DNA from: an uncultured virus (IMG/VR IMGVR_UViG_3300013382_000005)
Taxonomy: Duplodnaviria; Heunggongvirae; Uroviricota; Caudoviricetes
DNA: 64,000 nt
Reading direction: 5' to 3' (one strand)
IMG/VR virus record: IMGVR_UViG_3300013382_000005
The notes beneath the pieces are model-generated. The model worked only from the letters and a program-made list of their open reading frames with translations. It was not told the DNA's origin and did no database searches. Of this stretch, positions 40,367-49,406 are shown piece after piece. The translations under genes and the position numbers were made by a program. Numbering within the stretch: position 1 is the first letter of the stretch; every line of letters begins with the position of its first letter.

Positions 40367-41611
40367 TTATTTTTCAAATACTGGGTTCTTTTCTCCAGAG
40401 ATCCATTTAGTACCTAACAATTGAATATTCATAGCACCAACCCTATCGTCATTAGAATGATAACCACAACTACATATATATTCATGTGTATCATGGTGCC
40501 TATGGTCTTTATTTATTGTACCACATTTAGGACATCTCTGAGAAGTATATTGTGCCTTAACCTTAATAACTTCTGATTGATTCTCGTGAGCTTTATAAGT
40601 CAAAAACTGTTCCAATTGATAAAAACTCCACGAACGAATATTATTATTAAGTTCTTTTGATTTATTTATATTATCAAAAGACACGCCAGTTAAATCCTCC
40701 AGAACAAATAAAGTATTTGGACCATATGTCTGTACGAGTGTCTTAGAGATCCGATGATTAACATCAGACATCCAACGGTTCTCTCGCCCGGACAGCCTCT
40801 TTAATACTTTTTTAGCTGCTCTGGTATTTTTAGATTGTATCTGTCTTCTTGTTTCTAAAAATTTATGTCTCTTATATGCGATCTGTTTACCTGATATAAA
40901 AGTCGTCTTCTTATGGTCGTCATAAATAGTTGCCAAGAATCGTAATCCTCGATCTATGCCAACAATATGACTAACATTTTCTTTGGTAAACGCATCTATA
41001 TTCTTTGTCACAGGGATATGTAAATACCATATCTTCTTAAGCCTTACTAATTTGCCTGTACCAAGCGTCCATTCATCATTTAAATAAGAGCCAAAATGCT
41101 TCTTTTCAAAAGACATTTTAGCTCTTTTATCTAATGTAGTAAGACTGATCATTGTGCCATTATCTAAAAGACTATAATTGCTTCCATGTATTAAATCAGC
41201 TTGTAATCTTGCAAAATATATCGGCTTTTCAATCCATTCAAGTGTACGCTTTTCGTATTGCCATTTACCATTTTCATCTTTATATTTATATGGCTTTTGT
41301 GCTAATTGAGATTGCAGTGTCTTATATCTTGCTGTAACAGTCCTGAATGTTGATTGAACCATTTGCGAATTAAGATTAAATTTACTTCGTATATCATAAT
41401 ACAAAAGCTTATTTAACTTCAATGGCCTTAATTCAAAACCATTGTTAAATATATATTCAGATACATAATTACATACCTTTCTATATTCTTCGCACATTTC
41501 TTCAAAACTACGAATCTGATCTGCATCTGGATACAATCTAAGCTTTATAGTTTTAGTAAAAGACATCTTTGCAGGTGCCTCTGTTTCATTATTTATTTCT
41601 TCTACGTTCAT
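40367..41611 (-). CDS. tnpB: TnpB RNA-guided endonuclease (IS200/IS605 family)
   Basis: N-terminal TIKLRLYP HTH; RuvC-I GIDRG; RuvC-II VLEDL; WSFYQLEQFLTYKA; YTSQRCPKCG...CSCG zinc finger; RuvC-III NDDRVGAMNI. No tnpA nearby. Confidence 0.93.
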   Translation of the reverse strand: MNVEEINNETEAPAKMSFTKTIKLRLYPDADQIRSFEEMCEEYRKVCNYVSEYIFNNGFELRPLKLNKLLYYDIRSKFNLNSQMVQSTFRTVTARYKTLQSQLAQKPYKYKDENGKWQYEKRTLEWIEKPIYFARLQADLIHGSNYSLLDNGTMISLTTLDKRAKMSFEKKHFGSYLNDEWTLGTGKLVRLKKIWYLHIPVTKNIDAFTKENVSHIVGIDRGLRFLATIYDDHKKTTFISGKQIAYKRHKFLETRRQIQSKNTRAAKKVLKRLSGRENRWMSDVNHRISKTLVQTYGPNTLFVLEDLTGVSFDNINKSKELNNNIRSWSFYQLEQFLTYKAHENQSEVIKVKAQYTSQRCPKCGTINKDHRHHDTHEYICSCGYHSNDDRVGAMNIQLLGTKWISGEKNPVFEK

Positions 41612-42051
41612 TCCATTTTTATCCGAAGCTTACAACGATGTTCGTAGCAATACAAAAGAAGTTCCTTAAGACTCTTAAAATCGTTCTCTTTATCTTCCAT
41701 GTACCTGAGAAGGTTTACACCAATATATTCACCATCATCATTAGCTATTAAATCATATATCTTTTTACAAGTACGATTAGACATCTTACTTTCTTTTTTA
41801 GAATTGAACAAAAAAAGATATATATCGAAATCTTTAGCGCGCGACGGATTATCTAAAATATACTGTGCGATTTTATCTTCATATTCTTTGATCTCATCAA
41901 AATTATTAAATATCAATGCATTGTTAAATCTAGCATATAATATACCAAACTCTTTATTGTATTTATCTGCAATATATGCTCTTAATGCTCGAAAGCAACG
42001 ATCATCACAATAAAAAGAAGCTGGGGCTTTATTTGCATACATTTGTACCAT
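41608..42051 (-). CDS. Hypothetical protein
   Basis: 147 aa; its stop overlaps the tnpB start (ATGA). Confidence 0.6.
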   Translation of the reverse strand: MVQMYANKAPASFYCDDRCFRALRAYIADKYNKEFGILYARFNNALIFNNFDEIKEYEDKIAQYILDNPSRAKDFDIYLFLFNSKKESKMSNRTCKKIYDLIANDDGEYIGVNLLRYMEDKENDFKSLKELLLYCYEHRCKLRIKME

Positions 42052-42455
42052 TATTTTTTCTCTCTTACAGTATAGATATTTCCATTCTGATTTATAATCT
42101 CATAATGCTCATTGAAATCATTGAATTTTACTTCGTCACCAATTATAATATCATATACGGTTTCTTATTTTTCGTTATTAAGCTTATCAAAATATGTTGG
42201 AGCAATAATTACAGACAACATTATTGATACAAATACTCCTACAATAATAGCTATTTTACACGAATCATTATTTATATTTGAATCAATAGATGTATCCTCT
42301 AGTATTGATAGAATTATAAATTCTAAAATCAATACCAAAAAAGTAATTATCATTAGAGTTAAGATGAATGTTATCACATGATCTTCTAATGATACACTAC
42401 CTGTTTCTTGTTGCTTTGTATTTATAATCCAAATGCCTTGTATTAAACTATCCAT
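42051..42455 (-). pseudogene. Membrane protein gene with a premature TAA at 42167-42165
   Basis: After TAA the frame continues ETVYDIIIGDEVKFNDFNEHYEIINQNGNIYTVREKK to a stop overlapping the next ATG (TAATG). Confidence 0.55.
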
Positions 42456-42467
42456 ATATATATCCTA

Positions 42468-43784
42468 TCAATAAGAAATGGCATCATACTTAGCCTTATC
42501 TTGTTCTGACACTTCAATCATCTTAGAAAACTCAGGGAAGAAATAACAATAGCTTTTACCTTTATAAGAAGAAGCTTTATTTTTTGCCCAGGCAATTTCA
42601 ATAACTGGCTGCTTTTCTCTCTGATTTTCAGGAAGATTCTGCTGATCTGCACGAGTATAACAAACATTTGCAGATTGTCCCTTTTTGCCTACTTCATTAT
42701 AAAGCAAGAATACAAGTGTTGCTTCATATACATATTCTGAAGTATCTTTAAGGTCATCAAGGCAAGGCTTTCTATCCATTCTGATCTTGTTTAAATGTCT
42801 TGAACCAAAGACTGGTATATGGAATTCAGTCGCCCAATCCTTACATGTCTTAGCAATAAGCTTATGCCTATCGGTATCAGACTGAAATCTTTCATTTTTA
42901 AATCTTAAATCATCAAGTGCATCTATAGCGACTATAAGATTATAATCGTCGCCATACATAGCCTTAACATAAGTTACCATAGATTGAATACACTTATAAA
43001 TATCTTCAGCAGATGTTATACCATCATTATTATCTTTAATCTGAAAACAATTAGCATTATTTATAAGCTTCTTAAGCCCTGCTTCTCGCTTATCAAGATA
43101 ATCTTTATATTGACTCTTCTTAGGATCAGTATCATTAGCCTTTTCATATAATTCTTTATATGTATAAGGTTTAGCACTTGCAGATATCGGGATATTTTGA
43201 ACCATAGAAATAACTCTAGGTATTACAAGCTGTTTGCTATCGTCAAGAGAAAAATATAAACCTACCAAATGATTTTCTTTACAAGTGCAGGCATCATATA
43301 ATACATTTGTCATAAGAGCTGTCTTACCGGCGTTGCTCTCAGCCGCAAAAAGATAAAGACCTTCATCTAATCCTTCAAGTTTCTTCTGCATAAAAGGAAA
43401 ATGCGGCAACTGATATCCAGACTTCTTATTCCAAGCAATCTGGTCAAATGTATTATAAGCATCTATAGCTGCTTTAACTGGGTCTCCGTCTGGCCCCACC
43501 AATATATTATCTTTATTATCAGGGTCTAAATCAGACTCCTGATTAATATCTACAACAGGATTTAAATTCACATCCTGACCGATATTATTTTTTCTATTTT
43601 CTATTGCTTCGTTAATCTTCTGCTCTTTATCAGAATCAGATTCATCAAGCTCGAGATTATCATAAGATATATCCTCTTCATCTGAGTCTGATTCTAAATC
43701 AAGAGATAAATCGAGATCCTTATCAGACGCTTCTATATCGTCATCAAAAGGATCTGGCAGATCAAAATCATTAAGTTTGCTCAT
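42468..43784 (-). CDS. dnaB: DnaB-like replicative helicase
   Basis: Walker A AAESNAGKT, YFSLD, AIDALD, DLKDTSEYVYEA, AKNK; acidic N-terminus. Confidence 0.85.
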   Translation of the reverse strand: MSKLNDFDLPDPFDDDIEASDKDLDLSLDLESDSDEEDISYDNLELDESDSDKEQKINEAIENRKNNIGQDVNLNPVVDINQESDLDPDNKDNILVGPDGDPVKAAIDAYNTFDQIAWNKKSGYQLPHFPFMQKKLEGLDEGLYLFAAESNAGKTALMTNVLYDACTCKENHLVGLYFSLDDSKQLVIPRVISMVQNIPISASAKPYTYKELYEKANDTDPKKSQYKDYLDKREAGLKKLINNANCFQIKDNNDGITSAEDIYKCIQSMVTYVKAMYGDDYNLIVAIDALDDLRFKNERFQSDTDRHKLIAKTCKDWATEFHIPVFGSRHLNKIRMDRKPCLDDLKDTSEYVYEATLVFLLYNEVGKKGQSANVCYTRADQQNLPENQREKQPVIEIAWAKNKASSYKGKSYCYFFPEFSKMIEVSEQDKAKYDAISY

Positions 43785-43810
43785 ATTTTTCTCACATAAA
43801 AATTTATATA

Positions 43811-44830
43811 TTAACGATAGTACTTACATTCAACGCCAACACAATATCCTAATTCTCTTATAGATCGGCAGCCATAACCCTTCCCTGCATTATGTTCTTT
43901 CAATGCACTGGTTATAACTGCTTTTATTTCTCTATTTCCTAATCTGGGAATATTATGGCTATTCCATTCTGTAAGTGCTTCACTTATTTCTTCTTCTGTT
44001 TTTCCTGATTGTGCCAATGCTGATGCAATAATTATACAAGTATTATTACGATTGCCTTGCTGAGATCCTGCCTCTATCATATTCATGATACATTGAGGAA
44101 TCTCAAAATTACCTCTATTAGCTATGGAACGCTGCTTAGAATACTCTGCTTTAGACTCCTGCCATATAGATTTAAATTTATCTATAGCTTTCTGAACAGG
44201 CTGAGCCTGACTTTTCTTTATAAATAAAAGTTTAGGTTTCTTCGCATATTCTCGCAGACCATCATAAGATAAACTCATTAGCTTATCAAAATCAATCGGG
44301 ACTTTATATAATCCTGTCTTACAATTAATAGAATTTACCATTCTAAATAATCTCGATTTGTCATATATTTTAAGATCAGTAGTTTTATAACTTATTATAT
44401 TTTCTAGAATATAAGAAGTCATAGATTTATACTGCTGATTTAAATTCGCTCTGAATTCTTTAATGCCAAATACACGCTGGTCGACAAGAATATGAAATCC
44501 CTTACAACCGGAAAAATATATATTAATAGATTCTTTTGGTATATCGCACTGAAATCTGAGGAAAGAATATATCTGCCTCAAATCATACTTAAGAATCTTT
44601 AAATTATCATCATTATCGAGTTGATAGTCAAGATCTATATAATATGGACCAAACAATTTCGCCGTATCTCTATCTTGACTATCATACTGATAAGCTGAAA
44701 TATAACAATCTTTATTATGAAACCTATTTCTTATTGTTTCAGCTTCATCAGGAGTTATAATGATATTTCGCGTAAAAATATTATTGCCATTAATGTTTAG
44801 CATTCCTCCGCCTTCACAATAAGTTGGCAT
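43811..44830 (-). CDS. AEP-type primase with C-terminal PriCT-like domain
   Basis: YYIDLD, FSGCKGFH, IYDKSRLFR, GNRNN...WNSHN..L...EI. Confidence 0.8.
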   Translation of the reverse strand: MPTYCEGGGMLNINGNNIFTRNIIITPDEAETIRNRFHNKDCYISAYQYDSQDRDTAKLFGPYYIDLDYQLDNDDNLKILKYDLRQIYSFLRFQCDIPKESINIYFSGCKGFHILVDQRVFGIKEFRANLNQQYKSMTSYILENIISYKTTDLKIYDKSRLFRMVNSINCKTGLYKVPIDFDKLMSLSYDGLREYAKKPKLLFIKKSQAQPVQKAIDKFKSIWQESKAEYSKQRSIANRGNFEIPQCIMNMIEAGSQQGNRNNTCIIIASALAQSGKTEEEISEALTEWNSHNIPRLGNREIKAVITSALKEHNAGKGYGCRSIRELGYCVGVECKYYR

Positions 44831-44841
44831 AATAAATCCTG

Positions 44842-45504
44842 TTACCTCCAGACTATTTTATTTGTATTATTTAAAGCCAATTCGCTTTGTATTGATTTTA
44901 GATATTCAACAGTAGTATATAAACAATCTTGAATGTCAAGAATTGTATATACTCTCATGCCTTGATTAAATGCATCATCGATAAGAGTTAAAACTATATC
45001 TATTGCATTTAATCCGCACTTCTTAAATTGATCTGTATATGTTTTAATAAGATATTTGATTGCACCAATTTCTTTATCTTTAATTATAATGTCAGAATCA
45101 ATATTAAAAACGCCGCAAAAATAATTCAATACATCTTCTTCGCTATATTTAATTTTCATTTCTATAGCGTTATTAGAGCTTATAACATCTCCAGAAAATA
45201 TGTCTACAACATTTGCATTATTGCTTAAATGCAATTCACTATGAAGATAATATACATTCTTTTCGAGCAATGAATCCTTCCATAAAGAATCAGATAGATC
45301 TTCAAAAGTTAAATGTTCATTATCAATTACATTGTCAATAGATGCTTCATATTCTATTGTATTTATAATATCTTTTTCGTCGATATTACCATCTATAAGA
45401 TATTGAATTACTTTATTTGTTTGAATCAGATTATCATCTTCATGATCAGGAACACATCCTAATAACTCATAAAAATAATTAACCAAGTTGGAATTCTTGC
45501 GCAT
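44842..45504 (-). CDS. Hypothetical replication-operon protein
   Basis: 220 aa, between dnaE and the primase. Confidence 0.6.
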   Translation of the reverse strand: MRKNSNLVNYFYELLGCVPDHEDDNLIQTNKVIQYLIDGNIDEKDIINTIEYEASIDNVIDNEHLTFEDLSDSLWKDSLLEKNVYYLHSELHLSNNANVVDIFSGDVISSNNAIEMKIKYSEEDVLNYFCGVFNIDSDIIIKDKEIGAIKYLIKTYTDQFKKCGLNAIDIVLTLIDDAFNQGMRVYTILDIQDCLYTTVEYLKSIQSELALNNTNKIVWR

Positions 45505-47479
45505 AACTCTCTTTTTCTAAATTAATTGAATTTACAATAAAGGTATTTTGGTCAGATTTCTTACCAGATATAGAATATATATTATTCGTATTATATAACG
45601 ATACAGTACTTCTATATTTTGAATATGTACTGGAGAATATAAGACATCTTATAATAGAGTTTTCAGAGTTAAAATCTAAAAATGCCATCATTTTACCTTT
45701 TTTATCAGGTCTCTCCGTAAGTTTATCTATTGAACCATATAAAGTTACTGTGTCACCAATAGCAGTATTTTCAAAAGTGGATCTATAAGTCAGATTTAAA
45801 CCAAGATACTCAGTTTCATATTGCATACAATTCATTCTGGTATATGGTCTCATAGACATAATTGTCAAAGGATCTGTATCTGGCAAAGCTTTAATTTCTG
45901 ACAGCTTCCCAATAAGCTTATGCCTATCTTTCTGTTCAAAATCAAAACATCCAGCAAGAATCAAATTACTTAAAACATTCTTCTTAACAAGTCTATGATC
46001 TGTTTTATTATAAAAATCTATAAATGAACTATATGGTTTATGATTTAAGATTTCAGGGATTGCGGCATTACCTACTCCCTTAATTGCACCTATACCAAAA
46101 TATATTGTATCATCTTTAATAGTAAAGAGCCTATTAGATATATTAATATCAGGAGCTTTAACTTCTATATCCATGTCTCTTGCTATATTTACATATCTAT
46201 AGATTTTATCCTGATCATCTTGCATACTAAGTAATGCAGTCATAAATTGAATAGGATAATGAGTCTTAAGAAATGCAGTTATATAACCGAGATATGCATA
46301 ACACATAGCATGAGATTTGTTAAAGCAGTATTCTGCGAAGCCCATAAGCAGATTAAAGAAGTTATCCATCTGCTCATATGTATATCCACGCTTTAATGCA
46401 CCATCAATCTCATCACCATATTGCCTTTTAGGATCATACCAAGGCATTGAGTTATCATCATGCCAACCTTCTGGTCCTTCCTGATTTATCTTACCATAAA
46501 TCATCATTCTACGTAGCATAGCAAGTTTATCTTTCTTCTTTTTACCAATAATTTTTCTTACTATACTATCTGACTGATTAGCATTAAAACCACAGACTTT
46601 AACACTAATAGCCATTACTTGTTCCTGATAAATGATTGCGCCGTAAGTATCCTGAACTATATCTAAAGTTTTAGGAAGCGGCTCAATTAACTCTTTCTTA
46701 CCATTCTTTGTATCATTATACTGTTCATCAAGATGTGCTTGAAGAGGCCCTGGTCTACAAATAGCATTTAATGCACCGATATCATTTATATTATCTGGTT
46801 GCATATCTCCTATAGTATGCTTAAACAGATCTGATTCAAGCTGAAACAATCCATCAGTTTTCTTATCTCTAATAAGAGAATAAGTATCTGGATCTGCCAT
46901 CGAATTAACTATATTATAAACATTATAATAGTTATATTTAGGATTTATTAATTGCATCGAAAGATCAATAACGTCTAAGTTACGAAGCCCTAATATGTCG
47001 AACTTGACAAAATTAGAGCTTTCAAGTGTTGGTCCTTCGTACAAAGTGACGGCAGTACCATCAACATATCTCATCGGTACATAGTCATANNNNNNNNNNT
47101 CAAGGACTCCAGATGCATGTACACCTAAATTACGAGCATTACCCTCAAATTTTCTTGCATATTCAAATAATTTAGGATACTTATTTTCAAGTTCTTTATA
47201 TCGCGCATAATTGTCCTGATCTATTTTATCTTCAGAATCTTTCCATGCATCTATATCTTTAAACATAAGATCTGGTTTATCAGATATCTCATCTATCTGT
47301 TTTGTCAGCGCATTAACTTCACTTACAGGTATTTCAAAATACCTGGCCACATCCTTAAGACCAGACTTAATACCAAGAGTTGTAATAGTTCCTATAGACG
47401 CAACAAAATCTATACCATAATAATCTTGAAGATACTTAATAACATCCTGACGTCTTGTGTATTGGAAGTCGAGATCGAT
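45479..47479 (-). CDS. dnaE: DNA polymerase III alpha (DnaE), exon 2
   Basis: Begins IDLDFQYTRRQDVIKYL; contains GVHASG, KFDILGL, GLFQLES, RPGP, IIYQEQVM, FNKSHA, HhH and OB fold. Includes the N-gap at 47090-47099. Confidence 0.93.
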   Translation of the reverse strand: MDLDFQYTRRQDVIKYLQDYYGIDFVASIGTITTLGIKSGLKDVARYFEIPVSEVNALTKQIDEISDKPDLMFKDIDAWKDSEDKIDQDNYARYKELENKYPKLFEYARKFEGNARNLGVHASGVLXXXXYDYVPMRYVDGTAVTLYEGPTLESSNFVKFDILGLRNLDVIDLSMQLINPKYNYYNVYNIVNSMADPDTYSLIRDKKTDGLFQLESDLFKHTIGDMQPDNINDIGALNAICRPGPLQAHLDEQYNDTKNGKKELIEPLPKTLDIVQDTYGAIIYQEQVMAISVKVCGFNANQSDSIVRKIIGKKKKDKLAMLRRMMIYGKINQEGPEGWHDDNSMPWYDPKRQYGDEIDGALKRGYTYEQMDNFFNLLMGFAEYCFNKSHAMCYAYLGYITAFLKTHYPIQFMTALLSMQDDQDKIYRYVNIARDMDIEVKAPDINISNRLFTIKDDTIYFGIGAIKGVGNAAIPEILNHKPYSSFIDFYNKTDHRLVKKNVLSNLILAGCFDFEQKDRHKLIGKLSEIKALPDTDPLTIMSMRPYTRMNCMQYETEYLGLNLTYRSTFENTAIGDTVTLYGSIDKLTERPDKKGKMMAFLDFNSENSIIRCLIFSSTYSKYRSTVSLYNTNNIYSISGKKSDQNTFIVNSINLEKESYAQEFQLG

Positions 47480-47879
47480 CTTTTCTCGCTCTATGTCACC
47501 ATAGAGAATAGACTATATCTTAACCACCAGCATACAAATTATATTTTGTATCTGAGAGGTTTGTCATGCTTCGGGTAATACACCACCCCTACGTTCCTTT
47601 GAACTAGTCGTTGAACTTTTCATGTATTATATATATAATACATGCTTAGCTGCTGATTAACTATTATAAAACCATGCTTAGCTGCTGATTAACTATTATA
47701 AAAATACTTAATGTTTCCACATATATCAAATCAATTATTTTTTCTACTTTCGTGACCATTTCTATTTACAATATTATGGTTGATTGATTATTAAGCTTTC
47801 CCAGCAATTCATGACACTTAACACCCAGTGTTCCCACTAGGCTCGACTGTGTTTTCATAATTATATAATTATGAATCCA
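47480..47879 (-). ncRNA. Group I self-splicing intron (400 nt, no homing endonuclease) in dnaE
   Basis: The 5' exon ends in U (GAU) and the intron ends in G. Core elements: P AATTGCTGGGAA, Q AATCAGCAG, R TTCAACGACTA, S AAGATATAGTCT; P3 TGTCATG/CATGACA. Splicing restores SSPPD-IDLDF in frame. Confidence 0.92.
47641..47703. repeat. 32-bp tandem duplication inside the intron
   Basis: CATGCTTAGCTGCTGATTAACTATTATAAAA(C) occurs twice. Confidence 0.9.
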
Positions 47880-49394
47880 ATCTGGAGGTGAGCTTCTATC
47901 TTCTGTCAAAAATCTTTCGAATGATAAATTATATTCCATCGGATCTATATTCGAAGTTATTTGTAACATATAAAGACAAAGGCTTCCTGCTGCTGATCCT
48001 CTTCCTGGACCAACTGCAATTTTATTGCGTTTACAATAATTTACATAATTATAAACGCACAGAAAATAAGGTACAAAGCCCTTTTTCTTAATGACTCTTA
48101 TTTCTTTATAAAGTCTCTTAAAATACTTATTTATATCTATATCTGGATGGTTCTTCTTATATTCAAATAATCCGCTTAAACATAAATGCTCAAAATAAGA
48201 AGTTCTTGTATATCCTTCTGGCACTTTAGTTTCTGGAAACAAAGGTATTGATGAACCAAGTTTAATATCTTCTATTTGATCAGCTATATAATTAGTATTC
48301 GCAAGAGCTGCTTTAACAGTATCCATATAATGATTCATTATATTTTCATCAGTAGAAAACATATCGTTACTACACATTGTTTCATACTGTATCGTAAAAT
48401 AATGAATCATCTCTTCATAGCTCCGAACCCAATAATCATTAGAATAAACCATGTTATTCTTAGCATCGTAAACATCCGTATCTTCATCTTCAGAAGAGGC
48501 GTTTTTAGGAACATAATTTATTGTGCGCCCCATACCCATATTAACTAATACGGCATGATCTGCATGATCAGACTGCATAGCATAATGAATATCATTGGTC
48601 GCAATCATCTTAATATTATGCTCTTTAGCATACTTCATCAAGAAGAAATTCGTAAGATGCTGTTTAGTTATATTTAACGGCTGAATCTCAAGATAAAAAT
48701 CATCACCAAACAACTCATGGAAGTCTTTTATAGTAGATATGGCCTTACCATAATTACCGTTTATAATCATCTGTGCAAAATACGATCCTACACAGGCAGT
48801 ACTACATATAATTCCTTCATGATATTTCCTAAGAAGATTCAGGTCGCAATGATATCTACCATTATATGTACAATACTTAGCAGACTCAGATTGAATCTTA
48901 ACAAGATTCTTCCATCCTGTCTGATTCTTTGCAATCAATATAAGATGATAACTCTTTGTATTATACTCATAGTCACTTAAAAGTTCGTGAAGATCTTTCA
49001 TTGGAACTTTTTTCTTCTTACGTCTTTCTCCAGGTTTCCCTTTCTTTTTTAATGGTTGTTCTAAATCAAGGTAAGCAGCATCAAAATCAAAACCATTTTC
49101 AGGCCCTAATTTTCTAGCTTGTTCTTTCGCCCACTCTAATCTGTCTTCGGCAGATTTAGATAAGATAGACATATCTGGAGTATAATAAGCTTCATATCCA
49201 AGAATGGGTTTTATACCAGCATCTTCACATGCACTTTTAAACTGAGGTATACCTAACAAATGATTATGGTCAGTCAGAGCCATAGCTGTCATGCCAAGTT
49301 CTTTTGCTCTTGCTACAAGTTTTGTAGGAGAGCTATATCCATCCAGCAAAGAATAAGAAGAATGAACATGGAGATGCGTAAAATTCTTATCCAT
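47880..49394 (-). CDS. dnaE: DNA polymerase III alpha (DnaE), exon 1 (PHP domain)
   Basis: HLHVHSSYSLLDG, ALTDH, TNDIHY, GPGRGSAAGSL, FERFL...SSPPD. Confidence 0.95.
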
Positions 49395-49406
49395 ATTATC
49401 TTTATA

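Noticed and set aside
47090..47099. Second insertion in dnaE hidden in the N-gap
   Set aside because: Cannot be assessed; the flanks are compatible with only a few missing residues.
47766..47879. C-terminal tail WIHNYIIMK... of the 47766-49394 ORF, or an intein / naturally split DnaE
   Set aside because: This is read-through into the group I intron. There are no intein motifs, and splicing restores the catalytic motif.
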